64,000 nt of DNA from Polyangiales bacterium (GTDB lineage Bacteria; Myxococcota_A; Polyangia; Polyangiales; Ga0077539): positions 640,001 through 704,000 of the forward strand of contig JBGARZ010000002.1 in assembly GCA_044229975.1 (NCBI GenBank). Reading direction: 5' to 3'. This document shows, in pieces, positions 39,206 through 51,242 of the stretch. Under the pieces are notes generated by a model. It saw only the letters and a program-made list of their open reading frames with translations. It made no database searches and was not told where the DNA came from. The translations under genes were made by a program, and so were the position numbers. Positions within the stretch are counted from its first letter, which is position 1; the number at the start of each line of letters is the position of its first letter.

Positions 39206-40864
39206 ATGGATCGAGTCTCCGACAACTTCGATTCGACCCCCGAGAAGCCACCGCGCTTCATCGGCAAGTACGAGGTCCGCGGAGAGCTCGGTCATGGCGG
39301 GATGGCAGTGGTGTACCGCGCCCACGACCCGACGCTCGACCGCGAGGTGGCCGTCAAGGTGTTGCATCCGCACCTCGCGCAAGACCCCGAGAGTCGCATG
39401 CGCTTCGAGCGCGAGGCGAAGGCCGCCGCGCGACTGCGGCACCCCAACATCGTCGAGGTGTACGAGTTCTCTGAAGGCGGCGACGACGCGTCGTTCATGG
39501 TCACGGAGATGCTGGAGGGGCCGACGCTGCGGCGCTTCCTGGAAGGGCAGCGGGAGATCCCCGCGGAGATCGTGGCCTCCATCGGCGTGGTGCTCTGCGA
39601 CGCGCTCGCCTGCGCGCACGCCCAGGGGGTCGTGCACCGCGACGTGAAGCCCGACAACCTGCTGCTCTCCAAAGGGGCGCTGAAGCTCACCGACTTCGGC
39701 ATCGCCCACGTCGCCGACCAGCGCGAGATGACCGCGACGGGCCAGGTGCTCGGATCGCCCGCCCACATGGCCCCGGAGCAGATCGAGGGCTCCATGGTCG
39801 ACGCGCGCACCGACATCTTCGCGACCGGCACGGTGCTCTACGCGCTCGCCGCGGGTCGACTGCCCTTCGATGGTCCCAACCCGCACAGCCTGCTGCGGAA
39901 GATCCTCGACAACGACTACCCCGACCCGTTGCGGACGGGGCCGAAGATGGGCCACCGCCTCGCGGCCATCATTCGCAAGTGCATGTCCCGCATCGCGGAC
40001 GACCGCTACCCCGACGCGCTCGCGCTGCGTGCGGCGCTGCTGGCCATGCTCGCGGACGTCGGCTGGGACGACCCCGGCAAGGAGCTCGGTCGCTACCTGA
40101 AGGACCCGGACGCGGTCACCGCATCGCTCCACGCGACGCTGGTGACGAAGCTCCCGGCGCTGGGTCTCGCGGCGCGCAACCGCGGCGACCTGCCCGACGC
40201 GATGGGCTACTTCAACCGGGCGCTCGCCATCGATCCGGGCAACACGAAGGTGCTCGCGATGGTGCGCGGCGCGGCGCGGGCGCAGCGACGGAAGCGCGCG
40301 GTGCGGTCGGCGGCCATCGTGGCGGGCGCGGCCGCGGTGTCGGCGGTGCTGGCGGCCATCGTGTTGCCGAAGATGATGCCGCCCAAGCCGAGGCCGATGC
40401 TGGTGGCGCCACCGATGGTTCCGGTGAGGGTGGAGAATCGGGTGTTCGCGCCGCCGATGCACGAGACCCAGACACAGCGACCGGCGCTGGTGGTGGATGC
40501 CGGGTCGGCGACCGATCCCGTGCGGACGGCGGCCCATCTCGCCGCTGCGACCCCGCGCAGGACGGCACCGGCGGCCCTGGCCGCGACGGAGCCGCCGCCC
40601 CGACAATTGCGGGCCGTGCGGATCCGCCCTACCCGCTGGGACTCCTGGTATGGCATCAACGGGGTCCTCCGTGAGTTCAGCAACCGCGACATGCCGCTGC
40701 ACCTCCCCGTCGGTCAGCGGACTCGCATCACCGTGCAGTGGAACGGGTCGGAGACCGTCGTATGGGACGACGTGATCCCCGCAGGCACGGAGGACATGGT
40801 GATCGTTCAGCGGCGCGAGAGCCCGCCAAGCGCGGTCGCCGTGGGGCTCGACGCCTCGCCCTGA
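39206..40864 (+). CDS. Membrane Ser/Thr protein kinase (Hanks type) with TPR-like motif
   Basis: GHGGMA, VAVK, HRDVKPDN, DFG, MAPEQ; YFNRALAIDPGN; TM helix. Confidence 0.95.
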   Translation: MDRVSDNFDSTPEKPPRFIGKYEVRGELGHGGMAVVYRAHDPTLDREVAVKVLHPHLAQDPESRMRFEREAKAAARLRHPNIVEVYEFSEGGDDASFMVTEMLEGPTLRRFLEGQREIPAEIVASIGVVLCDALACAHAQGVVHRDVKPDNLLLSKGALKLTDFGIAHVADQREMTATGQVLGSPAHMAPEQIEGSMVDARTDIFATGTVLYALAAGRLPFDGPNPHSLLRKILDNDYPDPLRTGPKMGHRLAAIIRKCMSRIADDRYPDALALRAALLAMLADVGWDDPGKELGRYLKDPDAVTASLHATLVTKLPALGLAARNRGDLPDAMGYFNRALAIDPGNTKVLAMVRGAARAQRRKRAVRSAAIVAGAAAVSAVLAAIVLPKMMPPKPRPMLVAPPMVPVRVENRVFAPPMHETQTQRPALVVDAGSATDPVRTAAHLAAATPRRTAPAALAATEPPPRQLRAVRIRPTRWDSWYGINGVLREFSNRDMPLHLPVGQRTRITVQWNGSETVVWDDVIPAGTEDMVIVQRRESPPSAVAVGLDASP

Positions 40865-41736
40865 CCGCTGCGCTGCTTTCGCTGACGGCCCTGCCATCCG
40901 TCGCTCTCGCCAACGACGTCGACGACCTCGTCTCCGCGCAGAACGCCTACCTGAACGGCGACTACGATCGCGCCACGCAGGAACTGAACGCCCTCCTCTC
41001 TCGCGGCGACTCCGATGCGATGCGGACCGTTCGACCCACGGCGCGTCGGTACCTCGCGGCGGCGTACTTCGCGTGGGGGCGAGAGATAGACGCCACCCGC
41101 GTCATCGGACAGCTGCTCGAAGAGGATCCCAACGCGCGGCTCACTCCTGGGCAATTCGAGGCGGGCTTCGTGCGCCTCTATGAAAACGTCGTGAGCAGGA
41201 TGCAGCCGATCCTCGCCCGCATCCTCGCCGACCGTGCGCTGGCGCAACAGCGCGCGGAGGTCGACCGCGCCAACCGCCAGGAAGCGGTCAGGTTGCTTCT
41301 CAACACCGAGGCACAGGTGCAGACCGTCCCTCGTTGGCAGATGTTCGTACCCTTCGGCGTCGGCCAGTTTGCCAACCGTCAGTCCGTGGCCGGGGCGTTG
41401 TTTCTCTCGTTCGAGATGCTCTTCATCGGCGGAGGCATCGCATCGATCGTCGCGGACAACGCCGTCGCATCCCCGCTGCAACCCGCCGGTGTCTGGGAGA
41501 ACGTCGGCCTCGACGACCAGCGCGCCACCATCGCGACCACGATGCGCATCCTCAACTGGACGTCCCTCTCTCTCTTCGCGGCGACGACCATCGCCGGGAT
41601 CATCCACGCCAACGTGACCTACGCCCCGACCCACGTTCTCCAGCGGACCCCGCGCCCGATTCCGCCCGCGCTCCGCGGCTTCCAGATCTCGTCCGCCCAG
41701 GGCGGCGCGAGCGCTTCGGTGACCATCACCTTCTGA
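40762..41736 (+). CDS. Exported TPR-like protein with C-terminal hydrophobic segments
   Basis: Signal-like LALTAALLSL..ALA; AYLNGDYDRA; FVPFGVGQFAN. Start uncertain (in-frame ATG at 40762, preceded by GGAG). Confidence 0.72.
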   Translation: MGRRDPRRHGGHGDRSAAREPAKRGRRGARRLALTAALLSLTALPSVALANDVDDLVSAQNAYLNGDYDRATQELNALLSRGDSDAMRTVRPTARRYLAAAYFAWGREIDATRVIGQLLEEDPNARLTPGQFEAGFVRLYENVVSRMQPILARILADRALAQQRAEVDRANRQEAVRLLLNTEAQVQTVPRWQMFVPFGVGQFANRQSVAGALFLSFEMLFIGGGIASIVADNAVASPLQPAGVWENVGLDDQRATIATTMRILNWTSLSLFAATTIAGIIHANVTYAPTHVLQRTPRPIPPALRGFQISSAQGGASASVTITF

Positions 41737-41812
41737 GCGGCGTACGCCCCTCGATGAATCGTCTTGAGGCCCGCGCCGTCATGGGCCCACCATCGCCGCC
41801 AGAAGGTCCACC

Positions 41813-42163
41813 GTGCACAAACCAAAGCTCACCCGTCACCGCGTCGTGCTCACCCTCTCGGCCCTCGGCTCCATCGGGGCCGTCCTCGCCGCCCTCGCCG
41901 CCACCTCGCCGCCCGCCGACGCACAGACGCCCCCGGAGGGCACGGCGCAGTACAACCGCGCGTGCGGCCGCTGCCACACGCAGCCCCACGACGACGACGA
42001 CATCGGCCCCGCCATCGCCAACAAGCGGCTCACCACCGAGGCGATGACCAAGGTGATCCGTGAGGGCACCAAGCGCATGCGCCCCATCGCGCCGACCAAG
42101 CTCTCGGACGCCGACCTCGCACGGGTGATGGCGTTTCTGCGCTCGATCAACGCCGTGCGCTGA
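41813..42163 (+). CDS. Monoheme c-type cytochrome
   Basis: Signal peptide, CGRCH heme motif, distal Met (KRMRP), LSDADL..V.AFL. Confidence 0.88.
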   Translation: MHKPKLTRHRVVLTLSALGSIGAVLAALAATSPPADAQTPPEGTAQYNRACGRCHTQPHDDDDIGPAIANKRLTTEAMTKVIREGTKRMRPIAPTKLSDADLARVMAFLRSINAVR

Positions 42164-42168
42164 CTACG

Positions 42169-42507
42169 TCACTGGAGCACCAGCGACGCGCCGCGGGTGA
42201 TCCGCGCGCCGCGCAGGATGCTCGACCCCTCGTGCTGGCAGTTCTCGATGCGGATGTCCCAGCTGCCCGGGGGCATCGGCACCACCCGTGACGCCCCGTC
42301 GGCCACCGTGCTGCTGCCGAGGAGATCGTCCGTCCACGAGTCGTCGTTGATGGGCGAGAGGTACAGGTAGCAGATGCTGTCGCGGGTTCGGTTGACCACC
42401 GAGATCGGCACGGTCATCCCGTCCGAGCGAACCCGCGGCGCCGACGCGCACCCCACCACGGCCAACAACAACCCGAAGAGCATGGACAGTCGCACGTCGC
42501 GGAGCAT
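42169..42507 (-). CDS. Small beta-rich lipoprotein
   Basis: LLAVVGC lipobox; VVNRT..ICYLYLSP..SW..DLLG. Confidence 0.72.
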   Translation of the reverse strand: MLRDVRLSMLFGLLLAVVGCASAPRVRSDGMTVPISVVNRTRDSICYLYLSPINDDSWTDDLLGSSTVADGASRVVPMPPGSWDIRIENCQHEGSSILRGARITRGASLVLQ

Positions 42508-42600
42508 GGACGACCCCCGGCGGCGCGGCCAACTTTCGCGGGGCGCGACACTGACGGCGGAGGAGTATGCTCCGCTCCCGCCGTACAGAAAGGTCACGAG

Positions 42601-44418
<1,818 letters not shown>

Positions 44419-44423
44419 CCCGG

Positions 44424-47400
44424 ATGCCCGCGTGCGTCGGACGGGAGCGCGAGCTCGCGTGGATCACCGCGCGCCTCGACGCGACCAGCGCCAACGGGAC
44501 CGGTGCGGTGGTGGTCTCGGGGCCGTCGGGCATCGGCAAGTCGCGGCTCCTCGACGAGCTGCGCGACCAGGCGCGGAGCGTGTCGTTTCCGGTGCTGGAG
44601 GGGTGGTGCATCCGGCACGCGGCCTTCGCGCCCTTCCTCTCCATCGCGTCGCAAGCGCTGGCGTGGCTGCGCGCGCGCGATGAGCAGCACCTCCTGAGCA
44701 CGGCGCACCTCGAAGCGCTGGCCCCGCTGGTGAGCGCGCGCGTCCCACGTGGGCGCGACGACGTCGACGCCACCGAAGCCGCGGCGGGCTTCACCGAGGC
44801 GGTCACGCGGCTGCTCTCGGCGGTGGGTCGGCAGCGCCCGGTGCTCGTGCTCATCCGCGGAGCGGCGCGCATGGACGAAGCGTCGTCGGCGCTGGTGCGG
44901 GCGCTGCTCGACTCGGCCGGCCCCGCGGGTGAGGCGACCCCCGGTGCCGCTCCTGCGCTGCTTGTGGCATCGACCCGGGAGCGAACGCTCACCGCGGCCT
45001 TCGACCACGCGCGCACCGAGCTGCTCCCGATGCAGGGCCTCGACGCCGACGCCTTCGGACGGCTGCTCACCGATCCCGCGCTCTTGCAGCGATTGCAGGC
45101 CGCGACCGACGGCAATCCCGCGGTGTTGCTGGGGCTCCTCGGTCGGCCGCCGACCTCACGCGGCGACGAGGTGCTGTCACGCATGGAGGAGCTCGGGGAG
45201 GTTCCGCGGCGGGTGGTGGCGACGCTCGCGCTGGCCGACCGCCCGCTGCCCGTGCATGTGCTCGCCGCGGCGATCGGGGTGGACGCGCCGTCGGTGCACC
45301 GGGCCGTGCCTCCGCTCGTCGGGGCCGACCTCGCGCGACGAACCCTCGACCCGGCAGTGGGCGACGTGGTGGTGGGCCTCGCGCGTTACGACGACGGCGC
45401 GCGGGTGCTGGCGGGGTACGCCGACGCGGAGTGCTCGGCGATCAGGGCGCGGCTGGGCGCGGCGCTCGCGGAGTGGGGCCGCGCGACACCCGAGGAGGTG
45501 GTGCGGCACCGGCTCGCGGGTGGCGTGGGCGCCGGGCTGGTGAGCGAGTCGATGGAGGTCGCGCGCTCGCTGCTGCGGCGACATGCGCCGGCGTCGGCGC
45601 TGGCCCTGTTGGAGGCGTGCGCGCAGGTCGCGGACGCGGCGACGCTGAAGGACGTCGCGACGCTCGCGGTGGCGGCGGCGCGAGCGACGGGGGCGGAGAC
45701 CGAGGCACGCGGGCACGTGCTGCGTGCGCGCGAGGCCAACCCCGACGACCCCGAGCTGGCGCGATTGGAGGCCGCCATCGCGCTCGCGGAGGGTGACCTC
45801 GCGCGGGCCGAGCGGGCGCTCGATCACGCCGAGGCGAAGCTCGCCACGGGCGACGACGAGCAGCGGGCGACCGTGTTGCTCACGCGCGCGGAGCTCCGGT
45901 TTCAGCAGGGGCGCTTCGAGGAGTCCGAGCGGCTCGCGATGGACGCCCTGGCGCGCGCCCCGGAGGGACCGCTCGTGGCGCAGGCGCGCAACGTGGTGAC
46001 CAAGGTGCTGCTGGTGCGGCGCGACTTCGACCGCGGCCAGGCGTGGACCGAGCAGTCGCTGGAGCTGGCGCGCGCCCGACGGTCGCAGGACGAGTTGCTG
46101 CGGGGGCTCATTAACCTGGGCGTGGTCGCCATCTGGCGCGACGACCTGGACGAGGCGCAGCGGCGCTTCGTCGAGGCGCGGGCGGTGGCCCAGCGCGGCG
46201 GATCGATGATGCTCCAGGGGGTGCTCCGCGAAAACGAGGCGGTGGTGGCGCACCTCCAGGCTCGCTACGGCGACGCGCTGCGGTCGTACCAGGAGGCGCT
46301 GGAGATTCTTACCCGCGTGGGTAACCACCGCTTCGTGGCACGGGTCGCCAACAACCTGGGCGAGCTCTACGCGCAGGTCGGGGCGAGCGATCGGGCGCGG
46401 CGACTCTTCGAGCACGCGGCGCGGGTCTCGCGCGGCTCGACCGGGACACTGGCCGCGGAGTCGCGGATGCTGCGCGCGCAGGTGGAGCTGGTCGAAGGGC
46501 GCTCGGACGCGGCGGCCGAGGCGGCGCGTGAGGCGGCCCGGCACTTCGCGGCGGCGGGCGACACGGAGCGGCTCGCCGGGGCGCGGCTGCTGCTCATCCG
46601 GGCGGCGCTGATGGACGGCGACGTCGCGCGGGTGGAGCAGTTGTTGGGGGAGGTTCCGGACGACGCCGCGGTGTCGCCGCGGACGCGGGCCGAGCGGGCG
46701 GCCTTCGAGGCGGAGTGGGAGCGGGCGCGTGGGCACGACGGCCTCCCCGCGGCGCGGCGCGCGCTGGAGCGGGCCGAGGCGGTGGCCGATCGGGAGCTGC
46801 AGTTTCGCGCGGAGGTGCTGGTGGCAACGGCTCTCTTGCACCGGGGTGACGTGCTCACGGCGCGGCGTCACGCGGAGCGGGCCTCGTCGCTGCGCGCGGC
46901 CATCCTCGGAGCGGTTCCGGATGCGTTGCGGCCGGGCTTCGGCGCGCAGCTCGAACGCACTGGCATCGCGCAGCTGGAGGCGCGGCTGGAGACCTACGCG
47001 GCGCCCGCGAGCGCGCTGATGACGGTGGGTCGACCGTCGATCACGGCGCCCGCGATGGACGCGACGGGGCTCGTCGGCGAGAGCGCGGCGATGCGCGAGC
47101 TGCGACGGCGCATCCAGCGGGTGGCGCCACAGGACGTGACGGTGCTCATCCAGGGCGAGTCGGGCACCGGGAAGGAGCGCGTCGCCGAGGCGCTGCATCG
47201 CGGGTCTCGACGGCGCGAGGGTCCGCTGGTGAAGGTGAACTGCGCGGCGCTGGCGGAGGGCGTGCTGTTGAGCGAGCTCTTCGGGCACGAGCGCGGGGCG
47301 TTTACCGGGGCCGACCGGCGTCGGCGCGGGCGCTTCGAGATCGCCGACGGCGGGACCATCTTCCTCGACGAGATCGGCGACGTCTCACCGGCCACGCAGG

Positions 47401-48107
47401 CCGCGCTGTTGCGGGTGCTGCAGGAGCGGTCGTTCGAGCGGGTGGGCGGCAACGAGACGCTGCGCGTGGACGTGCGGGTGTTGGCGGCGACCAACCGCGA
47501 CCTCGACGCCATGGTGGCTGCGCGCACCTTCCGTGAAGACCTCTTCTTCCGGCTGAGCTCGCTCACCATCAAGCTGCCTCCGCTGCGCGAGCGGCGTGAT
47601 GACCTCCCGGTGCTGGCGGCCTGGTTTCTGGAGCGCGCGGCGGCCGAGTCGGGCACCCGACCGCGGAGGCTGACGACGGCCGCGCTGCGACGCCTCGGCG
47701 AGCACGGATGGCCGGGCAACGTGCGCGAACTGGAGAACGTGTTGCGCGCGAGCGCGCTGCTGGCAGAGACTGACGACCTCTCTCCCGAAGACCTCCAGGG
47801 CCTGCCCGACCTCAACCGTCCGTCCCCACCCGGCGCGTATCAGAGCATTCCGCCGCCGCCCCCGTCGGGCGCTTCGGCCAACGAGGTCGACCTCGTCTAT
47901 CAGCGCATCCGTCACGGCGGCGTGGCCCTCTTCGACATGCGCCGCGAGATCGAGCGGGGCTGCATCGCGCAGGCTCTGGACGAGGCGGGCGGCAACATCA
48001 CCCGGGCGGCGACCCTGCTGGGCATGAAGCGACCCAGGCTGTCGCAGCTTGTCCGGGAGTACGGGCTTGCCAAGGGTGGGACACCCGAGGACAATGCCGA
48101 GTCATGA
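44424..48107 (+). CDS. Sigma54-dependent activator with N-terminal STAND-like ATPase and TPR array
   Basis: VGRERELA..GPSGIGKSRL, TPR-like helices, GESGTGKE, GAFTGA, FLDEIGD, WPGNVRE, HTH. Confidence 0.92.
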   Translation: MPACVGRERELAWITARLDATSANGTGAVVVSGPSGIGKSRLLDELRDQARSVSFPVLEGWCIRHAAFAPFLSIASQALAWLRARDEQHLLSTAHLEALAPLVSARVPRGRDDVDATEAAAGFTEAVTRLLSAVGRQRPVLVLIRGAARMDEASSALVRALLDSAGPAGEATPGAAPALLVASTRERTLTAAFDHARTELLPMQGLDADAFGRLLTDPALLQRLQAATDGNPAVLLGLLGRPPTSRGDEVLSRMEELGEVPRRVVATLALADRPLPVHVLAAAIGVDAPSVHRAVPPLVGADLARRTLDPAVGDVVVGLARYDDGARVLAGYADAECSAIRARLGAALAEWGRATPEEVVRHRLAGGVGAGLVSESMEVARSLLRRHAPASALALLEACAQVADAATLKDVATLAVAAARATGAETEARGHVLRAREANPDDPELARLEAAIALAEGDLARAERALDHAEAKLATGDDEQRATVLLTRAELRFQQGRFEESERLAMDALARAPEGPLVAQARNVVTKVLLVRRDFDRGQAWTEQSLELARARRSQDELLRGLINLGVVAIWRDDLDEAQRRFVEARAVAQRGGSMMLQGVLRENEAVVAHLQARYGDALRSYQEALEILTRVGNHRFVARVANNLGELYAQVGASDRARRLFEHAARVSRGSTGTLAAESRMLRAQVELVEGRSDAAAEAAREAARHFAAAGDTERLAGARLLLIRAALMDGDVARVEQLLGEVPDDAAVSPRTRAERAAFEAEWERARGHDGLPAARRALERAEAVADRELQFRAEVLVATALLHRGDVLTARRHAERASSLRAAILGAVPDALRPGFGAQLERTGIAQLEARLETYAAPASALMTVGRPSITAPAMDATGLVGESAAMRELRRRIQRVAPQDVTVLIQGESGTGKERVAEALHRGSRRREGPLVKVNCAALAEGVLLSELFGHERGAFTGADRRRRGRFEIADGGTIFLDEIGDVSPATQAALLRVLQERSFERVGGNETLRVDVRVLAATNRDLDAMVAARTFREDLFFRLSSLTIKLPPLRERRDDLPVLAAWFLERAAAESGTRPRRLTTAALRRLGEHGWPGNVRELENVLRASALLAETDDLSPEDLQGLPDLNRPSPPGAYQSIPPPPPSGASANEVDLVYQRIRHGGVALFDMRREIERGCIAQALDEAGGNITRAATLLGMKRPRLSQLVREYGLAKGGTPEDNAES

Positions 48108-48430
48108 AGCTCCCCCACGCTCTCGCGGTGCTCGTCGCGTCATCGTGCCTCGTCGCGGGTTGCGCCACCACCGGCTCTTCCCACAACGGAGGCGTCGGCG
48201 TCGTGCGCGGAGCCAACGGGGGACTCAGCGTCGTCGCGACCTCCGTCGCCGCGCGCAACCTCGCCGATGAGCACGTCGGCGGTTCAGTCTCTGGTGCGAC
48301 GATGCACGACGAGATGCACGGCAACGAGGCCGCTGCGTTCTCCGGTCGCGACCCTCAGTTTGCCGGCCCGACGCCGCAGGTGCCCATCCCCCGCGACGGC
48401 CGCAACGGCGACCCCAGCAGCAACTGGTAG
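48104..48430 (+). CDS. Small putative lipoprotein
   Basis: LVAGC lipobox; ATGA overlap with the activator gene. Confidence 0.65.
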   Translation: MKLPHALAVLVASSCLVAGCATTGSSHNGGVGVVRGANGGLSVVATSVAARNLADEHVGGSVSGATMHDEMHGNEAAAFSGRDPQFAGPTPQVPIPRDGRNGDPSSNW

Positions 48431-48437
48431 TCGCTCG

Positions 48438-49091
48438 CTACTCTGCGTCGGTCGAGCCTCCCGCCACCTGCGGGAGGTTGTGGTTCATCCGAACCTGCTT
48501 GGTGTGCAGATAGCCCCGCGAGTGGACGTTGGGAGCGATGAGCACCGGCACACGCTCGGTCACCGTCACGCCCAGCGCGCGTAGCGCCGAGACCTTCTCG
48601 GGGTTGTTGGTGAGCAGCCGCACCGAATGCACCCCGAGGTACGAGAGCATCGCCGCGGCGCCGTCGTAGCGGCGCGTGTCGTCGGGCAACCCGAGGCGAC
48701 GGTTGGCGTCCACGGTGTCGACGCCCTGCGCCTGGAGGGCGTACGCGCGGATCTTGTTGCCCAGACCGATGCCGCGACCTTCCTGGCGAAGGTAGAGCAC
48801 CACGCCCGGTGCCTGGTGCGCGATGTAGCCGAGGGCGAACTCGAGCTGCTCGCGGCAGTCGCACTTGAGGGAGCCGAGCACCTCGCTGGTGAGGCACTCC
48901 GAGTGGACGCGCACGGGCACGTCCGTCGCGCCGCGGAGGGAGCCGGAGACGATGGCGACGTGTTCCTTGTCGGGCTCGTCGTCGTAGCGGAAGACGTAGA
49001 CCTCGAAGGTTCCGTGGCGGGTGGGGAGCGGAGACTGAGCCTCGACGTGAAGCCGACGGGAATCTGCGCCGGCAATGGGGGAGTCGCTCAT
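48438..49091 (-). CDS. ribA: GTP cyclohydrolase II (standalone)
   Basis: VRVHSECLT, SLKCDC, QEGRGIGL, LLTNNPEK. Confidence 0.96.
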   Translation of the reverse strand: MSDSPIAGADSRRLHVEAQSPLPTRHGTFEVYVFRYDDEPDKEHVAIVSGSLRGATDVPVRVHSECLTSEVLGSLKCDCREQLEFALGYIAHQAPGVVLYLRQEGRGIGLGNKIRAYALQAQGVDTVDANRRLGLPDDTRRYDGAAAMLSYLGVHSVRLLTNNPEKVSALRALGVTVTERVPVLIAPNVHSRGYLHTKQVRMNHNLPQVAGGSTDAE

Positions 49092-49119
49092 GTCGTCCTT
49101 TCCTGGTCCGGGAGTCGCG

Positions 49120-49134
49120 CAGGTATATCACCTG
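49120..49134. promoter_or_regulatory. AT-rich palindrome upstream of ribA
   Basis: CAGGT-ATATC-ACCTG about 30 nt upstream of the ATG, overlapping a -10-like element. Confidence 0.4.
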
Positions 49135-49239
49135 AACAAAGGGTGAGATGCACCGGGCACCCCGCGTGGCGCGCGATCATGCGGCCTCGTTCACGCGAGG
49201 CAAGGGAACGATTGCCGTCCCACCGCCGGGGCCCTTAGG

Positions 49240-50382
49240 GTGCCGCGCCGTGAGCCCCGCCGGAGCGATACGTTGAAGCACGATGTGATCGTCGTCGGCG
49301 GCGGGCTGGTGGGCAGCCTCATCGCGCTGCGCCTCCACGAAGCTGGGATGCGGGTGCGGCTCTACGACTACGCGTGGCCGGGCGGCGAAGCGTCCGGCGC
49401 GGCGGCGGGCATCCTCGCGGCGCAGGTGGAGGCGACCACGGCGGGGACGTTGTTCGAGCTGGGCATGGAGAGTCGTGGGCTGCACGCCACACTCGATGAC
49501 GAGCTGCGCGAGCACGGCTGCCCGTCCTACCGCGCCAACGGCACCCTCGAAGCGACGACGGAGAACGACCACCCGGCGCTGCTTGCGCGCTCCCTCTGGC
49601 AGCGCGAGCTGGGGTTGCGGGTGGAGTCCCTGGACGAGCGCTCGCTTCGCACGATCGCACCGGGTCTACACCCACGATTCAACGGCGGTGTCTTCTTCCC
49701 AGACGACGCATCGGTCGACCCGCGCGCACTCATGAGGAGCGTCGCCTTGCGCGTGGAGAACCACGGCATCGAGGTCGACTCACACGTCGAGGTGTCAGGC
49801 GTTTCGACGGCGGGCGGTCGTGTCACCGGCATCTCCCTCCGGCGCAACTCACCCGCGGCGGCACCGATCGTGGTGCTGTGCGCAGGCTCGTGGAGCGGCC
49901 TCATCGGCGGTGTCCCCCAGGCGAGCGCCATCGTCCCGGCGCGCGGACAGCTCACCGAGTTCGCCCTCGACCCGGTGCCCTTTGGCCCGGTGGTCTACGC
50001 GGGCGGCGGCTACCTCGTCCCCCGCGTCGACGGTCGCGTCTGCGCGGGCAGCACGTTGGAGATGGTGGGCTACCAGCGCGGCACCACCGAGGAGGGCCTC
50101 GCGCTCGTCCGCGACCGCGCCATCGCGACCGTGCCCGCCCTCGCCCACGCCACGGTGAACCGCTCGTGGTCCAGCTTTCGACCGCGCACGCCCGATGGAC
50201 TGCCGCTGGTCGGTGCGCTCCACGCGTCGGGCCTCTACGTCGCCGCGGGTCACCATCGCAGCGGCATCCTCCTCGCGCCCGTCACGGCGGAGATCGTTCG
50301 CGACCTCATCGTCCACGGTCGACGGCACCGGCACCTCGACGCCCTGGACCCCTACCGCTTCGAGAAGAACCCTCCCGCATGA
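49240..50382 (+). CDS. thiO: Glycine oxidase / D-amino acid oxidase family
   Basis: VVGGGLVG, ASGAAAGIL, PARGQ, YLVPR.DG, RPRTPDGLP, GHHRSGILLAP. Start may be TTG at 49273. Confidence 0.8.
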   Translation: MPRREPRRSDTLKHDVIVVGGGLVGSLIALRLHEAGMRVRLYDYAWPGGEASGAAAGILAAQVEATTAGTLFELGMESRGLHATLDDELREHGCPSYRANGTLEATTENDHPALLARSLWQRELGLRVESLDERSLRTIAPGLHPRFNGGVFFPDDASVDPRALMRSVALRVENHGIEVDSHVEVSGVSTAGGRVTGISLRRNSPAAAPIVVLCAGSWSGLIGGVPQASAIVPARGQLTEFALDPVPFGPVVYAGGGYLVPRVDGRVCAGSTLEMVGYQRGTTEEGLALVRDRAIATVPALAHATVNRSWSSFRPRTPDGLPLVGALHASGLYVAAGHHRSGILLAPVTAEIVRDLIVHGRRHRHLDALDPYRFEKNPPA

Positions 50383-51242
50383 CCTCTCTCGTCGACCGCT
50401 TCGTCGTCGCCAACGGCCTGCGCCAGCACCTCGTCGAGCACCCCGGCAGCGGCCGCGGAACCCTCGTTCTCCTTCACGGCTACCTCGACCTCGCGCGCTC
50501 CTTCGACGAGGTCATCACGGCCCTCGGTGACGCTGGCTACCGCGTGATCGCCCCGGATTTCCGAGGCCACGGCGAGACCGACCCCACGCCGCCCGGCTCC
50601 TACTACTACGCGATGGACTACGTCGCCGACCTCGACGCGCTCCTCGACGCGCTCGCCCTCGACCGCGTCCACCTCGTCGCCCACTCCATGGGCGGAACCG
50701 TCGCCACCCGCTACGCCGGCACCCGCCCCGCGCGCATCGCGTCGCTCGCGCTCATCGAAGGTGTCGGCCCTCCATCGATGCCCGCTGACGTCTCGCCCGA
50801 CCGCACCCTCGCCTGGCTCGACGGCGTGAAGAAGGTCCGCGCCCGACCCGCGCGCGTGCTGCGATCGCTCGACGAGGTCGTCGCCCGCATGCGCCTGTCG
50901 CACCCGTCGGTCGCGCTGGAGATCCTGCGCGTGATGGGCGAGCGCGCCACCGCCCCGACGCCCGATGGAGGCCGCGCGTTTCGCTTCGACCCGCTGCACA
51001 TGACCACCTCGCCGCAGCGCTACGACGCCGAAGCCTTCGAGGCCTACGTCGCGCGCATCGCGTGCCCCGTGCTCAGCGTCGACGGCGGTGACCTCGCCGC
51101 GTGGCCCGAGCTCGCCGACCGCGCCACCCGCTACCCCAACGTGCGCTCGGTGAGCATCCCCAACGCGGGCCACATGATCCACTGGACGGCGCCCGAGGCG
51201 CTCGTCGCGGCGCTGCTCGCGTTTCTCGCCGATCAGCCCTGA
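50379..51242 (+). CDS. Alpha/beta hydrolase
   Basis: LHGYLD, DFRGHG, AHSMGG, AGHMIH. ATGA overlap with the upstream gene. Confidence 0.9.
   Translation: MTSLVDRFVVANGLRQHLVEHPGSGRGTLVLLHGYLDLARSFDEVITALGDAGYRVIAPDFRGHGETDPTPPGSYYYAMDYVADLDALLDALALDRVHLVAHSMGGTVATRYAGTRPARIASLALIEGVGPPSMPADVSPDRTLAWLDGVKKVRARPARVLRSLDEVVARMRLSHPSVALEILRVMGERATAPTPDGGRAFRFDPLHMTTSPQRYDAEAFEAYVARIACPVLSVDGGDLAAWPELADRATRYPNVRSVSIPNAGHMIHWTAPEALVAALLAFLADQP

Noticed and set aside
44424..48107. More G-ending codons than neighbouring plus-strand genes, hinting at inversion or transfer
   Set aside because: An impression only and not quantified; similar shifts occur elsewhere, and there are no boundary repeats or mobility genes.
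49092..49272. FMN or TPP riboswitch between ribA and the thiO-like gene
   Set aside because: No recognisable conserved riboswitch core on either strand.
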